A DNA stretch of 64,000 bases from Eledone cirrhosa (lineage: Eukaryota): NCBI GenBank assembly GCA_964016885.1, contig OZ024741.1, forward strand, positions 412,486,001 through 412,550,000, read 5' to 3'. Below are positions 25,377-38,012 of this stretch, one piece after another (the first letter of the stretch is position 1; the number at the start of each line of letters is the position of its first letter). A program made the position numbers and the translations under genes. The notes beneath the pieces are model-generated. The model did no database searches. It worked only from the letters and a program-made list of their open reading frames with translations, and was not told where the DNA came from.

Positions 25377-26826
25377 ACAGTTGCATTTATCTTGCTTTAT
25401 GTTCATACGAGTTATCACCAAGTTACAACCAGTGACCTCAAGAGACAACAAGGTCCGCCATGTTCTAAAAAGAACATACATATTCACACATGCATCTTTA
25501 GTGTTTAGACTTGTGATGTACTTATATTGACAGAATCTTCCTTAGTATATGGGCAGTTCCCATTAATACTATCTTTTGTATTTCTCCTATACGCGGGTTT
25601 CCTGGGATTTGCGATATGTAATCATTAGACCCCTTAGGTATCATTCCCAGAGCGCCTACAACCACTGGTATTGTTTTAGTTCTCAATTTCCACATTTTTC
25701 CAATTTCTATCTCCAGGTCCTTATACTTGCTCAATTTTTCAAATGTTTTTATAGATACATTCTTGTCTATTGGAACAGACATATCAATTAGCAGGCATAC
25801 CCTCTTTTGAAAGTCTTTCAATATTATATCAGGTCTGTTTGCATCTATTTTTCGGTCTGTTTGGATGCTAAAGTTCCACAAGATTGAGATGTGATCTTTT
25901 TCATGTATGGGAGGTGGTTGATGCTCTCACCAATTCTTTTGATGGGGCAGGTCAAAATGCTTACACATTATCCAATGTATGTATTGTGCAGCTCTGTCAT
26001 GCCTGTTTAGGTATTCGGTTGGAGCTATAGGACTGCACATTGAAATTATATGGTCAATGGTCTCTGGTTGTTTTTTGCATACACGGCATAATGGGCTGCA
26101 TCCATTTTTTATTATGTTGGCTTGGTAATTTTTTGTTGGCAGACACTGATCTTGTGCTGATATAATCAGTCCTTCAGTCTCCGATTTCAGTCCAGAGGAT
26201 GCCAACCACTGATGGGTTAAAGTTTTGTCAACATCAGGATTGTTAGCTCGCTCTGGGTATTTTCCATACAGAGGCTTTTCTTGCCATTTCTTAGCCAGTT
26301 TCTGTAGCAGTTCTTTCTTTGCAGTTACTTTTACCTGCTTTGCTTTTTCTGTGTTTTCCATTTCAGCAGTAAATGGGACTTCTGAAATTTGTAGTCCATT
26401 ACTGTATCTTTGTGCATCTTTTGTAATGGAATATGATCTTTTGATGCTTTCGTGTTTCAAAACGAGTTTGATCATCCAATCATGTGATTCCCTTAGATAT
26501 GTAGATAATCCAATTGTTGCAGTTTTCAACGCAATGTCTAACTGGATTAACCCACGTCCTCCTTCTTTCCTAGGGAGATATATTCTATCTATATCTGCCT
26601 TAGGGTGATGCATTCTGTGCATGGTTAAGAATTTTCGAATTTTTGTATCGAGCCTACGGATCTCTGTGCTTGACCAGTTGATGACATTGTAACTGTAGGT
26701 TACTACTGGTATGGCAAGCGTGTTTATGGCATCGATCCTATTCCTTGCATTCAATTCCGTTCTTAAGATTGCTCTTACTCTGCGGTAACATTCCTTCCTT
26801 ATCCTTTCCCTCATTGTCGAGTGCTT
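25377..26826 (-). mobile_element. Family B copy B2, 5'-truncated
   Basis: ORFs 26814-25927 and 25881-25522 nearly identical to the B1 C-terminus. Confidence 0.9.
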
Positions 26827-27017
26827 ATGCTTTCCAGCATAGTTACGTCCCTTTATGATCTGAGTTCAAATCCCGCCGAGGTTGACTTTGCCTTTCATCC
26901 TTACGGGGGTCGATAAAATAAAGTACCAGTAATGCACTGGGTAATTGCTGGCCTTGTGCCTAAAGTGTCTTTGTATTGTCCCCTACATGTCGGCCCTTGT
27001 GGCTAATAAATGAAATC
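26827..27017 (+). mobile_element. SINE body fused to a Tx1 (T1-type) 3' tail
   Basis: SINE with B box gagttcaaatcc to ~26966, then gtctttgtattgtcccctacatgtcggcccttgtggctaataaatgaaatc matching 18664-18714. Confidence 0.82.
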
Positions 27018-27021
27018 ATTA

Positions 27022-27059
<38 letters not shown>

Positions 27060-27064
27060 GCTGC

Positions 27065-27137
<73 letters not shown>
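27018..27137. repeat. Compound (TTA)n-(TTG)n microsatellite ending the left array
   Basis: Direct reading. Confidence 0.95.
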
Positions 27138-27619
27138 AACGATGCTTCTTTTACTTTTGGTTTTCCTATATTTACTTACGGAATATATTTCAACTGTCAA
27201 CTGAAATTCAGGAAAACAAACACAGTTATAATTGTCCTTTCGATATTTCATATTTAAGATGACTTTTGTCCCAAACTTGGTTGTCCGTTTCTTTAATATT
27301 CCTTGTAAATATCATAGTTTCTCTTCCTCCAGTCTGTCTTACTTCTATGAAATGAAAGACTGAAAAAAGATGCAATAAAATTATCATTTCTTTCATACGT
27401 TCTTTGATATAGTATTATATAATACACATATTACTGTTGTTGTTATGTAATATAGTATAATATAATACACATGTTATTGTGAGTATTATGTAATATATAA
27501 ATATTATTCATTTTTAAACAAGGTTTTGCTTTATTTATGAAATATTGAGGAAATTGGGAATTTGAAAACGTGTTTTGTTTTTGCGGGAAAGTAACCCAAA
27601 ATCAGATAACTATAAGTTG

Positions 27620-27975
27620 GGTATTGTATGGCTGCTCATCATGGACCCTTACTCCCATAATCGGAAAGAAGATTGGATGGAGCCTATACTCTCATGCCGA
27701 GAGTGGCTTTTAGTGTCACTTGAATGAGCGACAATATGGGAACATTCGACCTCTATCAGACATTATCAAAGAGTGAGATTTGCCGGGCATCGATGGAGAA
27801 GAAATTGTTAGTGAAGTTCTTTTGTGGGTGCCAATGCTAGCAGATTTGTGACGACATAAACTGCAATCCTTCTCACTTACCAAATATGAATAATAATAAT
27901 TGAATTGTATGGTGGCAAAAGGTCAATGGAATCCATGCAAACAGGGCGAACTATTGATAGGTCGAGTTAAGTAAC
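27620..27975 (+). mobile_element. Old RTE-like LINE 3' fragment
   Basis: Broken translation LYGCSSWTLT..RRLDGAYT..RFAGH..EVLLWVP resembles RTE/RTEX post-RT regions. Confidence 0.6.
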
Positions 27976-28204
27976 ACTAGAGAAGGATAGAAGTGGACAG
28001 AAATGTGTCTGACCATTTTCTTCCGTCTGCATTTGTGCTTTACGCGAACTATTCAATTATTATTTATAGTTATTTGCAATGTGGCGGCTCTCCGCCAAAG
28101 AAGGCAAAACACATTTTCAAATTATTCATGTTATATTAATGACACGACTATGTTCCAGTTTTAGCCAAAGTTATTAGAGATTCGTATTATATGACATGAT
28201 ATTC

Positions 28205-28835
28205 TGTGACATGGGTTCAACTCCCACCGAGGGAAACTTTGCCTCTTGTCCATTCGGGGTCAATAAATAAAATAATAGTTCCTGGGTGGTGGATTGACTA
28301 AATTATCAAAAGGTCAGACGGAGTGTCTTTAAACTATGTATATATGGATGTAAGGACACATAATTCCTGAACGGTTTGTAGGGTGCCATATTGACATACG
28401 GCGTTTCTTGGGCCATTTTAAAAATATGACGGAGCCCATCTCTTCTCCAGGTCTAAGAACAATAGATTTCTTCCAGAGATAGAGAGGGTGAGAGAGTAAG
28501 TGAGAAAGAAATATAGAGGAGGAATTGACCCTTCGTACTTGACTGGTGCTTCTTTTAAAAATCTAATTCAAAAGGATAAAAGCAAAGTTTATTTGGGATT
28601 TGAACTCAGAGGTCAAGGAGCCGGAACAAATACCACAAAGCTTTATATCTAACGACGCCCAATTCACTATCTGGTAATAATGGTTTCTGATTTAGGCACG
28701 AGGCCAGCAATTTGAAGGGGAAAGAAAAGTCTATTAAATTGACCTCAGTGCATTACTGGTGCTATATTTCATCGATCCCGTAAGGATAAAAATTAACCTA
28801 GATGAGATTTGAATTCAGAACGTAAAGAACTAGAA
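28205..28835. mobile_element. Several diverged SINE fragments (28205-28300 +; 28525-28660 -; 28680-28835 -)
   Basis: Degenerate matches to the SINE core and B box (gggttcaactccc, ggatttgaactcaga, ttaggcacgaggccagcaatt). Confidence 0.65.
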
Positions 28836-28837
28836 CA

Positions 28838-29103
28838 AATACATACATACATATGTGCATACATACATATATATGTGCATACATACATATATATGCATAC
28901 ATACATGCGTACATACGTATATACATACATATATACATTAATTCATACATACACACATATATGCATACATGCATACATATATACATGCATACATACATGC
29001 GTATATACATGCGTAGATACGTATATACATACATATATACATACATTCATTCATACATAAATACATAATTAACTCATACATCATAAAACATACATACATG
29101 CAT
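28838..29103. repeat. Degenerate (CATA)n/(TA)n simple repeat
   Basis: Direct reading. Confidence 0.9.
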
Positions 29104-29512
29104 GATGATGGCTGGCTCCTCGTTATCGAGTATGGCCATTGCACGTTATACCATTATTAATAATTATTAATTAATTCTATCGTGCAATGCCTGTGCGTGA
29201 AGATATATTTTAAAGTGAGGAAAGACTGTGCACTGAGCTAATCCCACTCTCTGAGCGACAGTAGCTATAACCCGGAAGAGAAGAAAAGATTAACATCATC
29301 GGTAACTACTGAGCCGCAGATTTTATGTCGGAGTTATCCCAGTTTCCTGAGATGCCTTCTAGAAGAATGCCCGGACAAGGGCTAGGGGTCCTTCACTCCC
29401 AGTGGTTTAACTGCGCGATCGGGTATACAGTCTGATTATTTCTATGTCTCCGCACATGCATATATACATACATACATACATACATACATACATACATACA
29501 TACATACATACA

Positions 29513-29542
<30 letters not shown>

Positions 29543-29543
<1 letters not shown>

Positions 29544-32158
29544 GGGGTGAAAAGAGGAATTTCAACCAAGATGTAGTGTGGCTAAGAGTAATCCGAAAGA
29601 ACTATTGCTCCTACACTACAACAAAAACATACGAAATAAGTGAGGGTACCCTTGAAACTGTGATAGGAAAACTCCAAGATAAGAAAACACCAGGAAGAGA
29701 CATGATTGTCGGCTACTGGTACAAAAAACTGATACTCTATCGGAGGTATCTTACTGAGCTCTACCAACAAGTTCTTAAGGGAGATACACTTATACCAGAA
29801 TGGTTGACATTAGCACAAACATTACTGGTCCCCAAGAACAAAGACACCCACTTGGCAAAATCTACCGACCCATTGCATGCCAGAACCTGATGTATAAGAT
29901 GTATATAGCCTGCCTATTCCTCCAAGATCACTGTGAAAATAATAACATCATCACAGATGAACAAGTAGCTGGAAACAAAGGGGTTTGGGGATGTGCTGAA
30001 TAACTCCTAATCAAAACTGCGATGTCGGAGCTGCGACAACTCAGGAAGAATATGACTACAGTCTGGCTGGACTACAGGAAAGCTTTTGATTCTGTTCCCC
30101 ACTCTTGGATGATAGAGACCCTCCAACTTGCTAAATCCCAGACATTATTGTCAGAGCCATAGAGAGGCTGTCTTCTTCTTGGGCTACTATCCTAAGGTTA
30201 AAGTCAGAGAGGATGGCTCTATTTTCACTGATAAAATAAAATATTGCAGGGTTATATTTCAGGAGGACAGTCTCTCTGTGATATTATTCATCTTGTCATT
30301 AAACCCCTTGTCCTTTCTGCTCAAGAAATGTGAGGGATACATCATTGGCTCACAGGAGGACAGAAATACGAACATAACCCATAACTTCTTTGTGGACGAT
30401 CTGAAACTCTATGCCAAGAACATGGATGGAATGAAAAAAAATCTTGACCTGGTTACAAAGTTCTGAAAGGATATAGGAATGGAGTTTGGCCAAGATAAAT
30501 GCTCATACATGACTGTAAAGCGGGGAAAAACAACAACCCAATCTAGCAACATTGTCATCAATGGCCTAACTGTTTCATAGATATCTGATGAGGACTGCTA
30601 CAGATACCTGGGGATAGATGAGAACGTATCCTATAATGGTATCTGTAATAAAGAACGCGTAACCAAGGAATACTACACCCGATTAAGAAAGATCTGGTCA
30701 TCGGAACTCTCTGCGCAAAACAAGACAGTGGCTCACAATCTGTTTGATGTGCCTGTCCTAACACCAACGTTTGGAATACTCAATTGGACGATAGACGAAA
30801 TCCGAGCAGTTGATGTTGGAACTCGAAAAATACTGAACAACACCGGAAACTTCCACATCAACAATGACATAGACCGCCTTTACTTGAAACGTAAGCAGGG
30901 AGGCAGGGGCCTAACATCAGTCCAGACAACATTTGAATGTCGCATCATATCTCTCCTACAACATCTACGAACCTCGAAGCGTAGGAGCCCGTTTCTCGAG
31001 CAAGTCTATCTGCATGAAACAGATAAGATCATGAGAGTTGGGAAGGGACTACTCGAGAGATATTCCCTGTGTGATAATCATAAACTCACACCCAGGGATG
31101 TCGCTCAGCAGTATCGCAGTGAATCCATGGATGAAAAACTGCATGCCTATCAGCAAAAAATCATGCATGGATATGTTGCCAGGAAGCTCCAGAGTGAGAG
31201 TAATATAGATAAGGAAAGTAGTCTATATTGGACCAACAACCGCTATATTGGCTCCCACTTTGAAGGATATGCTTTTGCAATCCAGGAACAGGAGATTAGC
31301 ACAAAATACCTGATTCACAAAAGAGATAGGGATGCAGGCAAAAGACCTAGATGTGATAACAAGTGCAGACTCTGCAGAACTAACATCGAGGATATCACCC
31401 ATATCATCAGCAGCTGTCCAAATATGTCATCGCGGTACTATTCACCTATGAGGCATGATGTAGTGGCCAAAACACTGTACAATGCAGTTCGTAAAAAAGA
31501 TAGCCCCGATAATAAACACATTAAAAGCTACAGCAATGTGGAAGACATCCATGTACATAATATGAAAGAGTACTGGTGGAATGTTCCAGTAAAAACCCCA
31601 ATAAAATGCAGGCATAACAAACCAGAAAGCATGCACAGTAATGGAAATTAGCTGCCCAGCAGATGCCAATATAATATCAGAGATTAATGAAAAGGAGAAT
31701 ATTTATGCAGAACTGATGAGAAATCTGCAGATACTCCACCCTGATTACACCTTCAGATTTATGCCTGTGATTATTGGGGCACTAGGATATGTTAGTAACT
31801 GCCTCAATACAAACCTTGAGAAGCTGGGCTCCACAGGAACAGAAAGAACACAACTAGTTAGGAAATTACAAGTACAATCCATTAATGGAACAGTAAAAAT
31901 ATGTAAGACATTCCAAACATTTTGCATCTAATAACTACATATACGCATATACAGATGCAAAGAATATACACATGCACACATACAACTCAAAACATCCACA
32001 TCCACACATACAATAACATCCATATCTACACATGCATGCATGCATACATACATACCTACCTAGTTGATGTGTAAATTCCAATGAGAGAGTCTTGTGTCTA
32101 TGTTAGAAACCGACTCTCTCTATTGGTAAAACTTTGTGAAATTATAAAACCAGAAGAA
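29543..32158 (+). mobile_element. R4/Dong-like RLE retrotransposon family C, 5'-truncated, bounded by (CATA)n
   Basis: KTPGRD, YRPIAC, IFQEDSLS, HNFFVDDLKLY, CRLC..H..C, RHD, HNKP..EISCP..EKE; pure (CATA)n at ~29466-29541 and ~32158-32210. Confidence 0.88.
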
Positions 32159-32682
32159 CATACATACATACATACATACATACATACATACATACATACA
32201 TACATACATAGAGTCTTGTGTCTATGTTAGAAACCGACCCTCTCTCTATTATGAGAGACCAACGCTAGCCACGAAGGTGAACAAATATTGTCCCCTCAAC
32301 CTGCCTTACAAGATACATACCAGACTTTATATAATCATGACCTTCAGAATTATATATATGGTATGGCAACGACGGGGGTCAAGTTACAGTCGTTTCTATA
32401 TAATGCATCCACAACGCCGAGAAAATAAAGGAACCTGTACATGACCAAACTTGACCAGTTAGATAAAACAGCCAAATCTCCCTCAATTCACGCCCGACTA
32501 TTTGAGGTTTACGAAATTATTAATATATAGAATGCATTCTACGTGAACAGCGTAGTTTAGTGTTATTCACATGTCGATGACGGGGGTGGGGGGGGGGGGG
32601 TGTTTAGAACTGTGAGCCTTGTTCTAGTTATTCACACCAAATAGACCATGATCTATAGTGAATTCTATATACTGAATAATAG

Positions 32683-32728
<46 letters not shown>

Positions 32729-32730
<2 letters not shown>

Positions 32731-33077
32731 TAAGGTTTGTTGGTTCACCACTGGACAGAACTGGTCATTCCGTATGGTCAATCCTGGTGTAATATTGTGA
32801 AGAGTACTCAACGCAGTGCAGTTCACCCATCTTCGTTTGTGTAGTTGGTGGTGCGAATACGGAGGGCGGCTGGCTGTGAAGCTAGTTGGTCAGCCGGCTT
32901 CTCTGTCTCTGGTTTCTCGGACCCATGGTTTTTCGGACCCATGGCTTTTTACATATTCCTTTGTTATATTCCAATACCTGATGATATCACTGGATTCATA
33001 TGGAACCCGGTCATTGAAATGATCATAGTATAATAAACCTTTCAAGGATTTACACCAGTCCAGCCTCCTGTTACTTC

Positions 33078-33080
<3 letters not shown>
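32729..33080 (+). mobile_element. Short hammerhead-bearing element between (TA)n tracts (probable Penelope pLTR or retrozyme remnant)
   Basis: ~350 bp unit flanked by TA tracts, containing a hammerhead core. Confidence 0.55.
32974..33031 (+). ncRNA. Type I hammerhead ribozyme motif
   Basis: atac-CTGATGA(32978)-stem II hairpin actggattc/gaacccggt-GAAA-palindromic stem III ATGATCAT-cleavage triplet ATA-gtat. Confidence 0.7.
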
Positions 33081-33123
<43 letters not shown>

Positions 33124-33186
33124 AAATGTTCGCTCTACATGGCTGAATACAATAAATGTAATCTGAGTTTTTTCGAATATTAATAA

Positions 33187-33372
33187 TTGTTTCTACTTTA
33201 GGCACAAGGCCAGCAATTAACCAGTGCATTACTGGTACTTTATTTTATCTACCCCGTAAGGATGAAAGGCAAAGTCAACCTCGGCGGGATTTGAACTCAG
33301 ATCGTAAAGGGACGTAACTATGCTGGAAAGCATGGCGTCCGACCCTCTACCAATACTGCCAATCCACCGCCC
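33187..33372 (-). mobile_element. Full-length tRNA-derived SINE with 15 bp TSD
   Basis: A box TGGCAGTATTGG, B box GAGTTCAAATCC; ttcgaatattaataa at 33172-33186 and 33373-33387. Confidence 0.9.
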
Positions 33373-33604
33373 TTCGAATATTAATAATAACATTCGATTC
33401 GTTTGCAATTATGCAAACAAGCCACAATTTTATAGCTATGTCAGTAGAATAAACCCTTCATTCTTGCTCTTGTGTTGGCATATGAACAGAACTGCAGACA
33501 CTAATGTTTCTGGGTATTACCATTCATCAGTTTCAATTCACTGTTCACCTGCCAAACTGTCAAAGTTAGTGAAATTATATGCTACTTTCAAAAATACACA
33601 GTGA

Positions 33605-33710
33605 CTGATCGGCCTGATTTGCATATTAGAAGACTGGCTGATCAATCAGATCTGCATATTAGCAGATCCACTGATCAGCCAGATTTGCATATCAGCAGAC
33701 TGCCTAGTCA
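33605..33710. repeat. 33 bp tandem repeat x3
   Basis: ctgatc units start at 33605, 33638 and 33671. Confidence 0.8.
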
Positions 33711-33947
33711 GTTTCCTGTATATGAGCGATAAATGGCCGGTTTTGCCAAATTCAAATAAAAAAGAAAATTTTCGATCTACATGGCTGAATACAATAAATG
33801 TAATGTGAGTTTTTCGAATATCAATAATAACATTCGCTTCGTTTGCAATTATGCAAACAAGCCTCAATTTTATAGCCATGTCAGTAGAATGAACTCTTCA
33901 TTCTTGCTCTTGTGTTGGCATGTGAACCTATATATATATACATGTAC

Positions 33948-34064
<117 letters not shown>

Positions 34065-34154
34065 GATAAATCTACCAAAAGTTTACGGTAGTGTCCAATC
34101 CGTATGAAGAACTCAATGTAATCCGGATATCATGAAAAGAAGAGATGCATTCAA

Positions 34155-35987
34155 AAAATAATTTTAGATAGAGTCATCCCACAAATAAGAAAACATGTTA
34201 ATTTACCACTCTGGGAAAACACATCCCAGGTAATTAACTGGTTTAATAATATTAGATATAAATCATCTGCTTCATTTCTACAATTTGATATAGATAATTA
34301 CTATTCTTCTATATCGCCTATACTCCTGAACAAAGCCTTGATATTTGCTAAAAATAGATCTAACTTAACTTTGGATGACATTAATATTATTACACATGCT
34401 AGACTAACACTAATTGAATTTCAGAATGAATACTGGACCAGAAACACATATAGTAATCTATTTGATATTACTATGGGCTCAAGCGATTCTGCCCAAATTA
34501 CTGATCTTGTGGGCCTCTTTCTTCTTTTTAACTTAAATACTTCCTTTCCCCACCTTAAAGGTGGTTTATATCGTGACGACTGTCTTCTTCTTTCCAATAA
34601 CCTTAGCCTCTCAGAGATAGAAAAAAACAAAAAGCTTATTAGAACTTTCCTTAAAGACTATTATAGTCTAGATATTACATTTGAAAACACAAGTAAAGTA
34701 GTTAATTTCCTAGATATAACATTAGACTTAGCTACGGGTATCTACCAACCTTACCATAAACCCAACCAAAATTTACACTACATACACTCACAATCTAATC
34801 ACCCTAAATCTATCCTTAAAAACCTTGCATATAATATATCACTTAGAATTTCTAACCTTTCGTCTAACCAAGATGTATTTGATAAAAATGCGACCTTTTA
34901 TAACGAAGCTCTAGCTAGAAGTGGCCACAAAAATAGATTGGAATATATACCTTCTACCAATAACACTACAAACATACAACCTAATATTACCAACAAACAC
35001 CAAATGAAACGTACACACCTAAATGCCACTCACACTATACCCCAAAATACCAACATAAAACCAAATTTCTCTAACTCCTCTAAATGACAATATAGTAACT
35101 CTCAAAAAACTACTCATCCTACAACTCTAATAAATGTTAATAATAAAACTCCTAATAAACAAGCTAAAACACCTAAATCAATAAATCTAACTAAAAATGT
35201 GTGTGGAGAGGTCATTAACAATAATTCTCCTAGTAAACATCAGGATGCATCCTATAAAAACAATAAACAACATAGAAACCGTAGTAGACGAGTTACTTGG
35301 TATAATACTCCATTTAATTTACAAGTTAAGGATAATATACCTAAAAAATTCTTTAATATCCTAGAGAAAAACTTCCCGCCAAACCACAAATACCATCAAA
35401 TCTTAAATAGATCAACAGTTAAATTCTCATACTCAACAACCAAAAACATAAAACAAAATATAAGTGCCTATAATGCATATAAATGTAAAAAAACCATAAG
35501 TATACCACCAGTACATCAAACTAGCCATAATATCTCCTCAAATACAGGATTAACGAAAAGTTGTAACTGTAGAAACAAGGCAAACTGCCCATTAAAAGGA
35601 AATTGCCTTGTTAATAACATAGTATATAAATGTAAAGTTAACACTAAGGACTCTATTTGTTCATATATAGGAGCTACTTCTAACAATTTTAAGGTAAGAT
35701 TTAATACCCACAAACATAGTTTTAAAAATGCCGCACTAGCTAATACAACATCTCTAGCAGAAAAAATTAATAGTTATAGAAAGAGGAATATAGAATATGA
35801 CATGACCTGGAGTGTGCTCAAAAGAGCCACCCCTTATCAAAATAGTAGAAATGAATGTAGATTGTGTTCCCAAGAACTTTTCGAAATAATGAAATCTAAG
35901 GATATCCTATTAAATAAGCGGCAGGAATTAATAATATCGTGTAATCATAAACTGAGAAAAACATTTAAATATTATAAACCTAATTAA
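34155..35987 (+). pseudogene. Penelope RT-endonuclease frame with one internal TGA at 35085-35087
   Basis: ORFs 34338-35087 and 35199-35987 share a frame, and codons 35088-35198 contain no further stop. Confidence 0.8.
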
Positions 35988-36770
35988 TATACATTTTAGA
36001 AATTAATATATAAATTAATTTTAATGTAGTTAACCTATAATTTTAATTTAGTTAACCCATAATTAAAATTCTACTACAGATGAAATACAAAATATCGTGT
36101 AATCATAAACTGAGAAAAACATTTAGATATAATAAACCTAATTAATATACACTTTAGAAATTAATATATAGATTAATTTTAATTTAGTTAACCTATTATT
36201 AAAATTCTACTACAGATGAAATACAACAAAATATCGTGTAATCATAAACGGAGAAAAATTTTAAATATTATAAACCTAATTAATATACAATTTAGAAATT
36301 AATATATAGATTAATTTTAATTTCGTTAACCTATAATTAAAATTCTACTACAGATAAAATACAAAATTCTGCTTTAAATATTATAAACCTAATTAACATA
36401 CACTATAGAAATTAATATATAAACTATTTTTAATTTAGTTAACCTATAATTAATATTCTACTACCGATGAACTACATAATTTGGCTTTCCCTCTTACAAA
36501 TATCATTTCCTAAAACTGATACCATCAAGTAAACATATGTAATTATTTTTAATTTAGTTAAGCTATAATTAATATTCTACTACTGTTGAACTACATAATT
36601 CCGCTTTAAATATTATAAACCTAATTAGTATACACCTTAGAAATTAATATATAAACTATTTTTATTTTAGTTAACCTATAATTAATATTCTACTTATGTT
36701 GAACTACATAATTTGGCCTTCCTTCTTACAAATACCATTTCCTAAAACTGATACCACTAAGTAAACACAC
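35934..36770. repeat. AT-rich degenerate tandem array (units roughly 100-160 bp) at the Penelope ORF end
   Basis: Recurring aaacctaattaatatac..tagaaattaatatata..gttaacctataattaa..ttctactac. Confidence 0.85.
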
Positions 36771-37801
36771 ATTAAGCCTTAACTTCAGGTTATGACTCTA
36801 TGTTCCTTGAAACTTTTATATTTACTATTTCCCACTAATAAATTTAATCCCCCCCCCCCCCAATAATTATATGTATATGTAAGCGTGGATGTGTGTATAT
36901 ATATATAAGTGTCTATGTATGTATGGTTGTATGTATGAGAGTGTAAAAATACATATGTTTATATATATATATATGTATGTGTAGATATATGTGTGTATGT
37001 GTATATATGTGTATATGTGTGTGACTGTGTATATGTGTGTGTATGTCTCTATATATATGTATGTCTGTGTGTGTGTGTGTGTGTGGTTGTGTATATATAT
37101 ATGTGTATGTGTGTATATATATATAGGTATATATATATATATGTATGGGTATATGTTTTACTTATTTTTATGCGTGTGCATGCAAACAGGTCAATATGCG
37201 TGAGTGTAAGTATGTGTGTGTGTGTATGTGTATGTACGTATCGAACGTATGGATGTGTAAGTGTGCGTGTGTATATAAGCATGTATATTTTTGCGTTTCT
37301 TTTGTGAGACATGCGTGTCTGTGTATGTATGTACCCCCCTTTTTTTGTCTTCGTTTCTTTAGTTTTCTCTTTCTAAAATTTTTTCTTTCTAATTTTATTG
37401 TTATATTTTTATAAATATATCGAGATTGATACTTTCCTTTAATTATTACACTCCCTTACCTCTTTTACTTCCGCATCTAGGTGTACGTGTGTGTAGGCGT
37501 GTTTATGCGCGCGCCTTCACATTCATATACTTATGATGTATCTATTCTGTCTGTAGATTACAGACATACAGATACATTTGCCCTAAATTTTAGATTTACA
37601 CACACTTTTTCACTATACATATACATATGAGCATACACATATATGCACATCTGTGAGCGTATTTACATACATATACACACACCTAACTATATTTCTTGAT
37701 AGATTTTTATATGTTTCAATCTCTATTTCATTTGTCTATTCAAAACCTGTTCCCTAACAGACCTATTGTATTGAATCTTTGTTCTTATCAATAAACAAGC
37801 A

Positions 37802-37942
37802 TCATTATTTCTGAAGACAGCATATATATGTGAAGGTATGTATATTCACTCTGATAGTTTGTATAATATTGTACATAGATCTATAGAATATGCATACCTA
37901 TTCTAACACATATATGTCCTAGAAACGATCGTAAAATAATGA
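37802..37942 (+). ncRNA. Type I hammerhead ribozyme motif with long stem II
   Basis: Stem I tcattattt/aaataatga (9 bp), CTGAAGA at 37811, GAAA at 37922, palindromic stem III ACGATCGT, GTA cleavage triplet (after 37933). Confidence 0.8.
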
Positions 37943-38012
37943 ACTTTTTTTGTTTAATATAAGGAACTGTTTCTTTGTTTATTCATTATTTTTTTAATAA
38001 TTTATATATATA

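Larger units (their letters stand above)
34153..38000 (+). mobile_element. Penelope-like element, Naiad-like (RT + C-terminal GIY-YIG), 5'-truncated
   Basis: FLQFDIDNYYSSI, ITMGS, LYRDD, VNFLDITLDL; CNCRNKANCPLKGNC linker, IVYKC..SYIGAT..FKVRFNTH; hammerhead at the 3' end. Confidence 0.88.

Noticed and set aside
26976-27257. Poly-I/V/L/N ORFs, and YI/CV-rich ORFs at 28.8, 33.9, 37.0, 38.8 and 39.5 kb
   Set aside because: Translations of microsatellites
29104-29250. Possible HDV-like ribozyme (tcctcg loop, long stem, ctaat)
   Set aside because: Could not find matching P1/P2 pairings by eye
33270-33372. tRNA gene
   Set aside because: The A/B boxes belong to the SINE head; no complete cloverleaf is evident
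35934-36770. Repeat array as CRISPR
   Set aside because: Degenerate tandem units without unique spacers, eukaryotic context, no cas genes
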